This document shows positions 37,420 through 47,818 of a DNA stretch of 64,000 nucleotides, piece after piece. A program made the position numbers and the translations under genes. Source of the stretch: Acidobacteriota bacterium (GTDB taxonomy: Bacteria; Acidobacteriota; Terriglobia; 2-12-FULL-54-10); NCBI GenBank assembly GCA_016191085.1, contig JACPPJ010000013.1:9415-73414 (forward strand), given 5' to 3'. Under the pieces are notes generated by a model. The model was not told where the DNA came from. It ran no database searches and saw only the letters and a list, made by a program, of their open reading frames with translations. Each line of letters begins with the position of its first letter. Position 1 is the stretch's first letter.

Positions 37420-38342
37420 GTTTTATTCGCCACTGAGGCCGGAGGGGTTCCCAACGCGCCGGCAACCTCGTCGGATGAGAAGGAGTGCTCGGGAGTGGGA
37501 AACTTCTCGTGCCGCACTTCTTCGCTGTATTGCTCTACCGCTTTGCGGATGGCCTCTCCCAGCCGCGCGTATTGCTTCACGAAGCGCGGTCTCACCTTGC
37601 CCGCAATCCCCAGCATGTCATGGAGCACCAGCACCTGGCCGTCGCAGTGCACGCCCGCGCCGATTCCGATCGTCGGGATGGCAACGCTGCGCGTTACAGT
37701 GGCAGCCAAATCCTCAGGAATGCACTCCAGCACGATGCAGAACGCGCCAGCCATTTCCAGTGCCTTAGCGTCGGACAGAATCTTGCGCGCCGATTCCGGG
37801 TCGCGCCCTTGCAGCTTGTAACCGCCGAAGACGTTGATGGACTGCGGAGTGAGCCCCAGATGCCCGATGACGGGAATGCCCGCATCCACCAGCGCACGCA
37901 CCTGCGTGCAAACTTCCTCGCCGCCTTCGAGTTTCACAGCCGTCGCCCGAGCCTCTTGCAACAGCCGTCCGGCATTCCGCAACGCATCGGCTGCGCCAGT
38001 TTGGTAAGTCATGAAAGGCATGTCAGCCGCCACCAGCGCCCGATTTGAACCTCTTACAACGGCTTTGGTGTGGTGAATCATATCTTCAAGCGTGACCGGG
38101 AGAGTGGTGTCGTAGCCGAGGACCACCATCCCAAGCGAATCCCCCACCAGGATGATATCCACACCTGCATTATCGACAAGCGATGCGGTGGGATAATCAT
38201 AGGCGGTGATCATGACGATCTTTTCCGCCTTCTTCTTCATTTTCGTTATGTGAGTGGTAGTGATGCGCTGCAATTGCCCCTCCGGCTGCGGTAGCTGGCC
38301 CGGGGTATGGTGCGGGGTTTCTGTGGACCGCCGGGACGCCAC
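37416..38342 (-). CDS. panB: 3-methyl-2-oxobutanoate hydroxymethyltransferase
   Basis: KIVMITAYDYPTA...ILVGDSLGMVVLGYDTTLPVTLEDMIHHT...VKLEGG. The exact start is uncertain, as the N-terminal ~25 aa are not conserved-looking. Confidence 0.9.
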   Translation of the reverse strand: MASRRSTETPHHTPGQLPQPEGQLQRITTTHITKMKKKAEKIVMITAYDYPTASLVDNAGVDIILVGDSLGMVVLGYDTTLPVTLEDMIHHTKAVVRGSNRALVAADMPFMTYQTGAADALRNAGRLLQEARATAVKLEGGEEVCTQVRALVDAGIPVIGHLGLTPQSINVFGGYKLQGRDPESARKILSDAKALEMAGAFCIVLECIPEDLAATVTRSVAIPTIGIGAGVHCDGQVLVLHDMLGIAGKVRPRFVKQYARLGEAIRKAVEQYSEEVRHEKFPTPEHSFSSDEVAGALGTPPASVANKT

Positions 38343-38441
38343 GCCAGCAAATGTCCATTATAGCAAGGAAGACGCCGCGCCGTTGGTGTGGCGGCGCCAT
38401 AACTGATCGGCTGTTAGGTCCTGAATAATCTTCCGGATACG

Positions 38442-39650
38442 CTATCCGGACATTTGCGCAATGAGCTTGAACATTGGCAGGTACATGGCGATCACCACGC
38501 CGCCGACGCTGATGCCGAGGAACAAAATGATCATGGGCTCAAGCAAAGTCAGCATGTCCTTGACCGCCGAGTCCACTTCGTCTTCATAGAAGTCGGCGAT
38601 CTTCTGCAGCATGGTATCCATCGCGCCGGTCTGTTCGCCGACGCCGATCATCTGCGTCACCATGTTGGGGAACACTTCACTTTCCTTCAGCGGGTCGGTC
38701 AGCGTGCGGCCTTCTTCCACCGCCTTGCGGACCTTCATGATGGTGGCTTCAATGACCGCATTGCCGCTGGTCCGGGCAGTGATGACCAGAGCTTCCATAA
38801 GCGGCACGCCGCTGGTAATGAGGGTTCCCAGCGTTCGCGTAAACCGGGCGACGGCGATCTTGCGCAGCAACATTCCGAACACCGGCAGCCGCAGCATAAC
38901 GCTGTCTACGCTATAGCGGCCGCCTTCTGTGCGGTAAACGGATTTGAACGCAAAAAAAATGACGATGCCCGCGACGATGAAAACCCATCCAAAGGAACCG
39001 ATAAAATTACTCAACCCGATCACGATCTTAGTCGGCAAAGGCATCTCTACACCCAGGCCGGCAAACAGGTTTGCGAAGATCGGCACCACTTTCCACAGCA
39101 GCAGCGTGATCACCAGCACCGCGATGCTAACCACCGAGACGGGATAAATTAACGCAGATTTTACGGCCGCTCTCAGCTTCACGGCCTTTTCCACGTAGCC
39201 GGAGAGACGCTGTAAAATGGTATCCAAAATACCGCCGGTCTCGCCCGCGTCGATCATGTTCACCGTCAGCGTGTCGAAGACCTTGGGATGCTCATTCATT
39301 GCATTCGACAGCGTGGAGCCGCTCTCGACTTTCCCCCGCACCTGGGTGAGAACCTTCTTGAATGCGACGTTCTCCTGGTTGCCCGCGAGAATCTCCAGGC
39401 ACTGCACCAGCGGCAAGCCGGAGTCAATCATCACGGAGAACTGGCGGAAGAAAACGGCCTGTTCTTTTGCGGTGATTTTCTGAGTGCCGAAAGTGGGAAG
39501 AGCGAATTCCTTGCCCTTCTCTTTGATCTTGGTGGGAGTGATGCGTTCGCGTTGGAGAATAGATGCGAGCGCGGTTTTAGAATCGGCGATGCGCTCGCCC
39601 GTGACCTTCGTCCCCCGCATTGTTTTTCCATCGTACACAAAGACAGGCAT
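38442..39650 (-). CDS. pilC: Type IV pilus platform protein PilC (GspF family)
   Basis: Two T2SSF domains (FFRQFSVMIDSGLPLVQCLEIL... and FTRTLGTLITSGVPLMEALVI...), 3 TM helices, downstream of pilB and pilT. Confidence 0.9.
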   Translation of the reverse strand: MPVFVYDGKTMRGTKVTGERIADSKTALASILQRERITPTKIKEKGKEFALPTFGTQKITAKEQAVFFRQFSVMIDSGLPLVQCLEILAGNQENVAFKKVLTQVRGKVESGSTLSNAMNEHPKVFDTLTVNMIDAGETGGILDTILQRLSGYVEKAVKLRAAVKSALIYPVSVVSIAVLVITLLLWKVVPIFANLFAGLGVEMPLPTKIVIGLSNFIGSFGWVFIVAGIVIFFAFKSVYRTEGGRYSVDSVMLRLPVFGMLLRKIAVARFTRTLGTLITSGVPLMEALVITARTSGNAVIEATIMKVRKAVEEGRTLTDPLKESEVFPNMVTQMIGVGEQTGAMDTMLQKIADFYEDEVDSAVKDMLTLLEPMIILFLGISVGGVVIAMYLPMFKLIAQMSG

Positions 39651-39697
39651 CGGTGTTTTCCTCGCTCTCGTGCTCGATTCTCAAGGCTCCTTCAGCA

Positions 39698-40819
39698 CTA
39701 CCTCTTACCCGCCGCCGCAGGCGCGGGCGGCCGCGGCTGACTCATGAGTCCAACTCCCCGGTTGATCATGTCTTGCAGCTCGTCCTGATTATGCGAGCGC
39801 AGCAACGCTGTCTCCAGCGTGACCTTCTTCTGGAAATATAGCGTCGCCAACGCCTGATTGAACGTCTGCATTCCAAACTTTTCCTGTCCCGTTTGCATTG
39901 CGGAATAAATCTGGTGAATCTTATCTTCGCGGATGAGATTGCGGATGGCGGGAGTCGGCACAAGAATCTCCAGCGCCATGACGCGCCCATTACCGGCTAC
40001 ATTCGGCAACAGCGCTTGGCAGAGGATGCCCTCCAGAACGAGCGACAACTGCGCTCGTATCTGGGGCTGTTGGTGCGAGGGAAACACGTCCACGATACGG
40101 TTAATCGTCGAGGCGGCCGAGTTGGTGTGCAATGTACCGAACGTGAGGTGTCCGGTCTCGGCGATGCGCAGCGCGCTTTCAATGGTCTCCAGGTCACGCA
40201 TCTCACCGATCAGCACCACGTCCGGGTCCTGGCGCAGGGCGGCGCGGAGAGAATTTGCGAACGAGTGAGTATCAGAGTGGATCTCTCGCTGGTTCACCAG
40301 ACAATTCTTGTTCGGGTGCATGAACTCGATGGGGTCCTCGATCGTGATCATGTGCTCGTGCCGTTCCGAGTTGATCTTGTCGAGCATGGCCGCAAGCGTG
40401 GTGGACTTGCCGCTTCCCGTCGGACCGGTGACCAGAATCAGGCCGCGCGGCTTGTCGCAGAGCTTTGCGACTGTGGGCGGCAGACTCAGTTGCTCGAACG
40501 ACTTAATTTCGAAAGGAATAACTCGGAATACAGCGGACACCGCGCCCCGCTGGTTGAAAAGGTTTCCGCGGAAGCGTGCCATTCCCTTCACGCCGAAGCT
40601 GAAATCGAGCTCCAGGTGTTCCTCGAACCGATGCTTCTGCGCGTCTGTCAGAACGCTGTAAGCGAGCTGCTTCGTCTCCGATGCGGTAAGCGGCGGCAGA
40701 TCGAGCGGGTCCAATTCGCCGTGCACGCGAATACGCGGCGGGCTGTTGGTACTGATGTGCAGGTCCGACCCACCCATCTCGATCATTTTCTTCAGAAGCT
40801 CGTTGAGCGCTACCGCCAT
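39698..40819 (-). CDS. pilT: Twitching-motility retraction ATPase PilT
   Basis: GGSDLHISTNSPPRIRVHGEL, Walker A GPTGSGKST, LRQDPDVVLIGEMRD, and GHLTFGTLHTNSA. Confidence 0.95.
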   Translation of the reverse strand: MAVALNELLKKMIEMGGSDLHISTNSPPRIRVHGELDPLDLPPLTASETKQLAYSVLTDAQKHRFEEHLELDFSFGVKGMARFRGNLFNQRGAVSAVFRVIPFEIKSFEQLSLPPTVAKLCDKPRGLILVTGPTGSGKSTTLAAMLDKINSERHEHMITIEDPIEFMHPNKNCLVNQREIHSDTHSFANSLRAALRQDPDVVLIGEMRDLETIESALRIAETGHLTFGTLHTNSAASTINRIVDVFPSHQQPQIRAQLSLVLEGILCQALLPNVAGNGRVMALEILVPTPAIRNLIREDKIHQIYSAMQTGQEKFGMQTFNQALATLYFQKKVTLETALLRSHNQDELQDMINRGVGLMSQPRPPAPAAAGKR

Positions 40820-40887
40820 TCATTCCTCCGGAAACACTGACGAGCACCAACGTCTTTGTCAGCCACTCGTCTATCACTTGTCCGTGT

Positions 40888-42606
40888 TTACAGTACTGTC
40901 TCTCGAATCACTTCTTCCAGCGTCGTGACGCCATCCTTAATTTTGATCAAGCCGCTGCGCCGCAGCGTGATCATGCCTGTTTCGACCGCCTTCTTCTTCA
41001 ACTCCAGCGCCGAAGCCCCCACGAGGATCAACTCACGAATCTCATCGTTGATCTCCATGACCTCATAAAGACCGGCTCGGCCTTTATAGCCGCTGCCGTT
41101 GCACTTCTCACAGCCTTTGCCTTTGAACACCGAGGTTTCTTTCAGTTCCTGGGGGGTGTACCCGGCATCGAGCAGCGCCTGCTGCGGCAATTTGAGTTCT
41201 TCCTTGCAGTTGGTACATATGCGGCGAACAAGACGCTGCGCGCAGATGAGGTGTACCGATGTAGCGACCAGGAACGGCTCGATGCCCATATTCATCAACC
41301 GGCTGATGGTCGACGGCGCGTCGTTCGTGTGGAGCGTGCTGAGGACGAGGTGTCCGGTAAGCGCCGCTTTGATGGCAACCTCCGCCGTCTCGAAATCGCG
41401 AATCTCGCCCACAAGAATGATGTTGGGGTCCTGGCGCAGAAACGCGCGCAAGGCGGCGGCAAAGTTGAGACCGATCTGCTCCTTCATCTGCACCTGATTG
41501 ATGCCGACCAACTGGAACTCAACCGGATCTTCGGCCGTGACGATGTTGGTGTCCGGGTTGTTGAGGCGCGCGATGGACGAATAGAGCGTGTTGGTCTTGC
41601 CGCTTCCCGTGGGGCCTGTCACCAGCACCATGCCGTACGGCTTCAGAATCGCCTTTTCAAACTTGACCAGCGACTCGGCCTCGAAGCCCAGCTTGGTCAT
41701 ATCCAGGCGCAGGTTCTCCTTGTCCAGCAGCCGCATGACGACCTTTTCGCCGTGCAGCGTCGGAAGCACGTTAACGCGGAAATCAAGCTGCCGGTTCTTG
41801 CCGTTCTGGTTCAGGCGCAGCATGATGCGACCGTCCTGGGGCAGACGCTTCTCGGCGATGTCCATCTTGGACATAATCTTTACGCGCGACGTGATGGCAT
41901 CCTTCATCTTCATTGGCGGGCTCATGATGGTTTGTAGAATGCCATCAATACGGTAGCGGATACGATATTCCTTTTCGTACGGCTCCATGTGGATGTCGCT
42001 AGCTCCCCGATTCAGAGCCTCACGAAGGACGGCGTTCACGAGCTTTACGACCGGGGCCTCGGAAGCCTCCCTGACCAGCTCGCTCTCAGCCAGCTCCGCT
42101 TCTTCGGCCTCCAGCTCCAACGCTTCATCGCCATTTTCGGAGAAGGCCTCCATGGCTTGGGTGAGCGCGTTGCCCTGCGGCGTGGTATAGAGTTTCTCGA
42201 TGGCCTGCCGGATGGCGCTCTCGGACGCGACTACCGGCTCCACATTGAAGCCCGTCATGAACTTGATATCGTCCATGGCGAAAACGTTGGTCGGGTCCAC
42301 CATGGCGATGGTCAGCGCCGAGCCCAGGCGGCTGAGCGGCACCACTTCGTAGCGGCGCGCCGTGTCTTCCGGTACCAGCTTTACGACGGCCGAATCTACT
42401 TCAAAGTACTGGAGGTTAATGGAAGGAACACCGTACTGGCGGGAAAGGAACGTGGTGACATCTTCGTCCGAGATAAAGCCCAGGTTGACCAGACAGCTTC
42501 CCAGCCGTCCGCCATTCTTCTTCTGGTATTCCAGCGCTTGGACCAGGTGTTCGGCGGTAATGAGTCCGGCTTTAACGAGCAAGTCGCCGAGCCGAGTTCC
42601 CGACAT
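40888..42606 (-). CDS. pilB: Type IV pilus assembly ATPase PilB (GspE family)
   Basis: N-terminal MshEN/GSPII domain (LGDLLVKAGLITAEHLVQALEYQ), Walker A GPTGSGKTN, and the tetracysteine motif CTNCKE...CEKCNGSGYKGR. Confidence 0.95.
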   Translation of the reverse strand: MSGTRLGDLLVKAGLITAEHLVQALEYQKKNGGRLGSCLVNLGFISDEDVTTFLSRQYGVPSINLQYFEVDSAVVKLVPEDTARRYEVVPLSRLGSALTIAMVDPTNVFAMDDIKFMTGFNVEPVVASESAIRQAIEKLYTTPQGNALTQAMEAFSENGDEALELEAEEAELAESELVREASEAPVVKLVNAVLREALNRGASDIHMEPYEKEYRIRYRIDGILQTIMSPPMKMKDAITSRVKIMSKMDIAEKRLPQDGRIMLRLNQNGKNRQLDFRVNVLPTLHGEKVVMRLLDKENLRLDMTKLGFEAESLVKFEKAILKPYGMVLVTGPTGSGKTNTLYSSIARLNNPDTNIVTAEDPVEFQLVGINQVQMKEQIGLNFAAALRAFLRQDPNIILVGEIRDFETAEVAIKAALTGHLVLSTLHTNDAPSTISRLMNMGIEPFLVATSVHLICAQRLVRRICTNCKEELKLPQQALLDAGYTPQELKETSVFKGKGCEKCNGSGYKGRAGLYEVMEINDEIRELILVGASALELKKKAVETGMITLRRSGLIKIKDGVTTLEEVIRETVL

Positions 42607-42938
42607 TCGTCACGCCCTCCAAGACGATGCAACACTCCGACTCTGCGGCTTGGAGACAGATCGGAAGGAGAAATCCTTTTGCATGCTAATGAAAAGCTAG
42701 CCCTGAGTCAAGCCAAGCCGTGCATCCTAACTGGGGGGTGTACATTATAGCGAACACCGCGAGAGCTTCGGGCGGGGCGCCGCAATTCCGGTTTCCTAGT
42801 TCGATTTTCGGGTGCGTTCCCTAGCCGAGCATGCGTGCCAATCACCGCAGAAGGTTTGTAGCACGTCGACCTCAGCTATTGTACACTTTCATTGCGGACC
42901 TCGCTCATCTCATCTCCCACTAGAAAGGGTCCTTCCAG

Positions 42939-43400
42939 ATGGCAGAACGCGACAGGGAAGAGGAATCGCAGGGATTCAAGGTAGTAGATCGCCGCCTATT
43001 CACTCCTGAAGGCGAACGGCGGGTGGAGGCAGAACCGCAGCCACCTAAGACGGCAGAGAAGCCACCGGCCGCTGAGACGCGGACGCCGTCACGAAAAGAG
43101 CCCGCCGAGGCGCCATCTGCGCACGCCGAACCTCACGCGCATGGACCCGTAGGTTTCGAACACCTCGTCATGTCGCTTGCCACCACGGCCATGTATCAAC
43201 TCGGATTGGTGAAGAACCACGAAGAGGACCAACCCAGGGTGGACCTCGAAGCCGCCAAAGAGACCATTGATCTGCTGGACATCCTACAGCAAAAAACCAA
43301 AGGCAACCTGACGCAGGAGGAACAAGGACTGCTCGAGGGCAGCCTCTATGAACTGCGGATGATGTTCGTCGAGCTTTCCAAACCGGGGCGGAGCCGCTGA
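42939..43400 (+). CDS. DUF1844 domain protein
   Basis: FKVVDRRLFTPEG... N-terminus, a Pro/Glu-rich linker, then FEHLVMSLATTAMYQLGL...DLEAAKETIDLLDILQQKTKGNL. Confidence 0.7.
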   Translation: MAERDREEESQGFKVVDRRLFTPEGERRVEAEPQPPKTAEKPPAAETRTPSRKEPAEAPSAHAEPHAHGPVGFEHLVMSLATTAMYQLGLVKNHEEDQPRVDLEAAKETIDLLDILQQKTKGNLTQEEQGLLEGSLYELRMMFVELSKPGRSR

Positions 43401-43415
43401 TTTCGTGGATCTGAT

Positions 43416-44189
43416 ATGCGGATAGAGTTAACCGTTCTGGGATCGGGAACCTCCATGGGGGTCCCTACCATCTCGTGCCGTTGCGCCGTCTGCACGTCGC
43501 CCGACCCGCACGACAACCGTACACGCCCTTCCATCATGCTGCGTTACAACGAGCATGTTGTCTTGGTGGACACTACTCCGGATTTTCGCTTTCAGATGCT
43601 GCGTGAGCAGGTGGACCGGCTGGACGCGGTGCTCTACACCCATTCGCATGCGGATCACATTCTGGGATTGGACGATGTTCGCCCGTTCAATTTGCAGGAA
43701 ACCAAAGTCATTCCCATCTACGGCAACAGGCAGGCGATTGACGGCGTGCGGCGGGTGTTCAAGTACATCTTCGACGGCAATTATCCGTTCGGCGGCGTTC
43801 CGCTGGTGCAGGACCACCTCATCAACGGTCCCATCGACCTTTTCGGACTGGAGTTCGTTCCTGTTAGAGTGATGCACGGCTACCTGGAAGTGCTTGGCTT
43901 CCGCTTTGGCCCCGTGGCTTATTTGACCGACTACAATCGAATCCCGGATTCTTCTTATCCCTTGCTGCGCGATCTGGACGTGATCTTTCTTGACGCGCTG
44001 CGGCACATGTCACATCCAACACATATGACTGTGGCTCAGGCTTTGCAAGAAGTGGAAAAGATCGCGCCGCGCCGCGCCTTCTTCACGCACATCGCGCATG
44101 ACCTGGGCCACGAAGAAACCAATGCCAAGCTGCCCGATCACGTGCGGCTGTGCTACGACGGAATGCGCCTGGAATTCGACACGGATTAA
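43416..44189 (+). CDS. MBL-fold metallo-hydrolase (PhnP-like)
   Basis: LGSGTSMGVP...C-x-C-x2-C cluster...YTHSHADHILGLDD is the HxHxDH motif. Confidence 0.8.
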   Translation: MRIELTVLGSGTSMGVPTISCRCAVCTSPDPHDNRTRPSIMLRYNEHVVLVDTTPDFRFQMLREQVDRLDAVLYTHSHADHILGLDDVRPFNLQETKVIPIYGNRQAIDGVRRVFKYIFDGNYPFGGVPLVQDHLINGPIDLFGLEFVPVRVMHGYLEVLGFRFGPVAYLTDYNRIPDSSYPLLRDLDVIFLDALRHMSHPTHMTVAQALQEVEKIAPRRAFFTHIAHDLGHEETNAKLPDHVRLCYDGMRLEFDTD

Positions 44190-44194
44190 CCCGA

Positions 44195-45154
44195 ATGGAG
44201 ATTCTTCGTTCTCTTGAAGACGCTGCAAAGAGGCGCGGCCCGTCCGTCGTAACAATCGGCAACTTTGATGGTATACATCTCGCCCATCGGGACCTGCTGC
44301 GACGCGTCCGGGAGCTGACTTGCGACAGCGATGCGTTGAGCGTGGCGATCACGTTCGATCCTCATCCCGCAGAGATACTGCGACCCGACAGAGCCCCCAA
44401 ACTGCTAACACCTCTTCCCAAGAAGATCGAGTTGATGCAGGCAACCGGCCTTGATCGCCTGCTGATATTGCCATTCACCAAGGAGTTTTCACAGTGGAGC
44501 CCGGAGCGATTCGTGGAGGAGGTTCTTGTGAAATCGCTGCACGCTACGGGCGTCGTCATCGGCGAGAATTTCCGCTTTGGTTACCGCCAGGCCGGCAATC
44601 CGCAGACTCTCGAGGAACTCGGCAAGCACCACGGCTTTGGAACAGAGATTTTCCCGAAGATGTACGTACGCAACCTTCTGGTCAGCAGCTCCGAAATCCG
44701 TTCACTGCTCAGCAAGGGGAAACTGGTGCAGGCCAACCGCCTGCTAGGCCATTGCTTCAGCATTCGAAACGCTGTTGAATCCGGCTTGGGAATCGGCCGC
44801 AGCCAGACCGTTCCTACATTCAATTTGGCTAAATACTCCGGGTTGATGCCTGCTTCCGGCGTCTACATCACGTGGGCTACCTTTGAACACGGCAGCGAGA
44901 GATGCAATCTGCGCTCTGTGACAAACGTGGGCACGCGGCCCACCTTCGGCGAGCGTGAACTCGGAATCGAGACGCACCTGCTAGATCCATGGCAAGGACC
45001 GCCCCCAACCGACCTCGAAGTCACTTTCCCTTACCGCCTGCGCGACGAACGTAAATTCGACTCGCCCGAGGCACTGAAGTCGCAGATCATGATGGATATC
45101 CGCCGAGCCGAAAGCTATTTCCGGCGATTGGAAAGGTGGGAGGTAAAAGTCTGA
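44195..45154 (+). CDS. ribF: Bifunctional riboflavin kinase / FAD synthetase
   Basis: VVTIGNFDGIHLAHRDLL (FAD synthetase N-domain). C-terminal kinase domain GxGRxxxxPTxN context (GLGIGRSQTVPTFNL). ATG 44195 is preferred over the longer track ORF, which overlaps the upstream gene. Confidence 0.9.
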   Translation: MEILRSLEDAAKRRGPSVVTIGNFDGIHLAHRDLLRRVRELTCDSDALSVAITFDPHPAEILRPDRAPKLLTPLPKKIELMQATGLDRLLILPFTKEFSQWSPERFVEEVLVKSLHATGVVIGENFRFGYRQAGNPQTLEELGKHHGFGTEIFPKMYVRNLLVSSSEIRSLLSKGKLVQANRLLGHCFSIRNAVESGLGIGRSQTVPTFNLAKYSGLMPASGVYITWATFEHGSERCNLRSVTNVGTRPTFGERELGIETHLLDPWQGPPPTDLEVTFPYRLRDERKFDSPEALKSQIMMDIRRAESYFRRLERWEVKV

Positions 45155-45220
45155 AGTCGCCTCTACCCGCGCATCACTACTTATCTACCTCGTCTGTAGC
45201 AATAGCCCTAGTGCTCTCGA

Positions 45221-47710
45221 TTACTGAACAATAATCTGGCGTTTCTCTGGCGGCGGTGTGGCGGGCCGTTGGGATCCGAGCGGCTCGACCATTGTGTGCG
45301 GCGTCAGCGACATCATCCAGACGTCATAATTGGCGGCGATGGGCGCCAACAGAAAAGCTCGTTGCCCGTCGGCTGAAAATGCTACACGTTGCACCTCGCC
45401 AATCCTATCTAAGCTGCAGAGCTTGCGGATCTCTTTGCCAACAAGCAGCGACAGCACGGCGCGGCCTTGCCCATTCGAGTCTTTTTCCAATTGCACCATC
45501 AACAGCCGTTCCTCGTCGGGACTCCACTGTGCCGCGGAGATCGCCCCCAGATCTAACCAGCTCCGGTCGCGTCCATCATACACACGGCTTCTGCCGTCCG
45601 CCTGTTTCACCACTCCGCGACGCGAGATGGGCCCCCACACAACCTGGGCAACGCCGCTGTCGATCACTTCGGCAGCCGCATCCAAACCGTGCTGTACCCA
45701 CAAACGGCCCTGCCAATCCACCGCCCCCATTAATAAAAGGTCATCCGCAACCGCGACGGATCGCATCCCTTTCACTCCCTGCAGAACTTCGCGCAGCGGC
45801 TCCGCGCCTTTTTTTACACCCACCTTTCCAGGCTGTGCTGTTAGCATCTGTGTATCCGTGCCCGGGAAAACAGTGCCGGACCAGCCCTCGGGTACTTCGT
45901 AGTTGCGGTCCGGCGCTCCTGAAATGCTGTGGCTAATCAGCCCCGAGGGACTCTGGAGCAGCATTCTGTCTTTCGACCACCATCGCACAAACTTCAGCCC
46001 CGCCGGCAGCGGCTGTGGATTCGCGAGACGACGATCCGTCAGCACGAACTCACCTGCTTTTCTCTGTGGGTCGGCGAACAGAAGCACCGCATGCTGGCCG
46101 TCCGGAGCGAATTCCGCCCCGGCCAACGCCCAGCCAGAACGGAATGAGATGGGCTGCAAACGAAGCGATTCAGTATTGATGACGGCTTCGTTTCCTGGCA
46201 CACCTGTGATCACCTGCTCCCCATCCGGACTCACGATGAGCTGCGACTTTGGCAGCACACCACCGGTGATCCTGGAAAACCCGGTTCTACCTTCGAGAAC
46301 GATGCGGCGCGATTTCTCTCCGCTCGATTGGACGTTCAGGTGAAGCCGGAACAAGCCGGTGGGATCGGTCCCGGCAGTGACGTTGGGAACTCGGATGACT
46401 GTGCTCTGCCCCGCCTTGAGCGGCGGTATTGTGAGCGATCCGGTGGCCGCGACCAGTCCTATCCCGGCTTCAGCCGTAACCGGGAACGCCGGCGTGGAAG
46501 ACCCCGCGGGACCAACACACTCCACCTGCACCAACAGCGCGCCGGTTTTGCGTTGCTCCAGAATTCGAGTCGCACCGCTCGCGATGTACGCACGCGCTAC
46601 CAGCGATGGCCTTGGTTTCAGAGCCAACGGCCTGTAAAGCGGATCGCCGAGCAGCACCATATTCCACGACACATTGGGAAGCGCGAGCCAATAGCTCTCG
46701 GCGAGCGTAGCGCCTCTCAGAAGCGCCTCAACAAATATATCTCCGTGCGGGAATGCCGTTACGTACGGTTCGCGAACGGGACCGAGAGTCACCGCAGCGC
46801 CACGGCGCAGCAAGTTCATACACCAACCCTTCTCTCCGGCATCCCACAAATTGACCGCTTCTCCGCTGGCAACATGCCACGCAATGGCGCCCCGGGCGAG
46901 TCCTTGTTGTCCAAAGATGTCCTGGAACTCCCTGACCTTGTGCCAGCCGACGTAAAATGCAGCTCCGGCCGCTTGATTACCCGTGCCGGCGCGAGGCTGC
47001 GTCCAGGTTGCCTCTTTCAAATCCAGCTTGGCGTGGAAACCCGCGCCCGCCAGGCGGTCAATCGCGGCTCGAATGGAAAAGTCGCCCAGCCCGTATCCGG
47101 TGATGCTGTCGATGCCGCGCGCATCGCCGTAGGCAGGACCCTGCAAACCCGTCTTTTCTACGGCTGCGGTGTCCTGCGCCATGCGCGTAATGGTTTTCAG
47201 ATCGGGGCCGTCCAGCCGGGCCACGTACACCATGTTGAATTTGCGAGGATCTGAAACCGCTGCACCAATCGTGCGTTGCAGGAATAGCGGGTTGGTCTGC
47301 ATTCGTCTGCTGCTCGGTGCGTCCCGCAGTACAGCCGCGACTTCGTTGTCGAGCGCAGCGCCGTCGTCGCGCGGTGCGGCTAGGGTGTACGGAACTCCCG
47401 AAGTAGTCACGATGCACCTGATTGCGGGATGTGCTTGCAGGTACTTCTTTACCGGCTCGGCGACTTGCGAGCGGTAATTGGCCATGCTGATTTCTCGCGC
47501 AGTACCCAGCGAAAGCGTCAACACATTCGTTGCGGGAACGCCTCGGAGTTTCTGGTACATTTGCGCTATTTGAGACGAGATCGGAGTGTCTTTGTTGACC
47601 AGAATCATCACTTGAGACGGGTTCAGCTCCGCGCGGGCCGACGGAAGCATGGCGAGAAGAACCGCAATGGTAAGGCACGCAACATTTACTCGCCATGTTT
47701 GTTTAACCAT
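45221..47710 (-). CDS. Large secreted protein: TIGR03790-like N-region + TolB/WD40-like beta-propeller C-region
   Basis: Signal peptide MVKQTWRVNVACLTIAVLLAMLPSARA. VMILVNKDTPISSQIAQMYQKLRGVPATNVLTLSL resembles the TIGR03790 family opening as I recall it. The C-terminal half has propeller-like repeats. Confidence 0.6.
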   Translation of the reverse strand: MVKQTWRVNVACLTIAVLLAMLPSARAELNPSQVMILVNKDTPISSQIAQMYQKLRGVPATNVLTLSLGTAREISMANYRSQVAEPVKKYLQAHPAIRCIVTTSGVPYTLAAPRDDGAALDNEVAAVLRDAPSSRRMQTNPLFLQRTIGAAVSDPRKFNMVYVARLDGPDLKTITRMAQDTAAVEKTGLQGPAYGDARGIDSITGYGLGDFSIRAAIDRLAGAGFHAKLDLKEATWTQPRAGTGNQAAGAAFYVGWHKVREFQDIFGQQGLARGAIAWHVASGEAVNLWDAGEKGWCMNLLRRGAAVTLGPVREPYVTAFPHGDIFVEALLRGATLAESYWLALPNVSWNMVLLGDPLYRPLALKPRPSLVARAYIASGATRILEQRKTGALLVQVECVGPAGSSTPAFPVTAEAGIGLVAATGSLTIPPLKAGQSTVIRVPNVTAGTDPTGLFRLHLNVQSSGEKSRRIVLEGRTGFSRITGGVLPKSQLIVSPDGEQVITGVPGNEAVINTESLRLQPISFRSGWALAGAEFAPDGQHAVLLFADPQRKAGEFVLTDRRLANPQPLPAGLKFVRWWSKDRMLLQSPSGLISHSISGAPDRNYEVPEGWSGTVFPGTDTQMLTAQPGKVGVKKGAEPLREVLQGVKGMRSVAVADDLLLMGAVDWQGRLWVQHGLDAAAEVIDSGVAQVVWGPISRRGVVKQADGRSRVYDGRDRSWLDLGAISAAQWSPDEERLLMVQLEKDSNGQGRAVLSLLVGKEIRKLCSLDRIGEVQRVAFSADGQRAFLLAPIAANYDVWMMSLTPHTMVEPLGSQRPATPPPEKRQIIVQ

Positions 47711-47818
47711 GAATGATCCCATCGGCCCTGAATTCATGCTGAAGCTCAATTACCCGCTCGATTCTAACAACAATTTAGCGGAATCGGTTCTGTGGCGAGT
47801 ACCAAAGCTGAGTCTCTG

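Noticed and set aside
39893-42750. Plus-strand ORFs of 228-315 aa over pilT and pilB (39893-40840, 41251-41937, 41989-42750)
   Set aside because: They are antisense to full-length PilT and PilB, which carry all ATPase motifs. Their composition is typical of shadow frames.
45256-47254. Plus-strand ORFs 45256-45936, 45330-45902 and 46328-47254
   Set aside because: They are antisense to the 829-aa secreted protein. Their translations are Arg/Pro-rich and carry no motifs.
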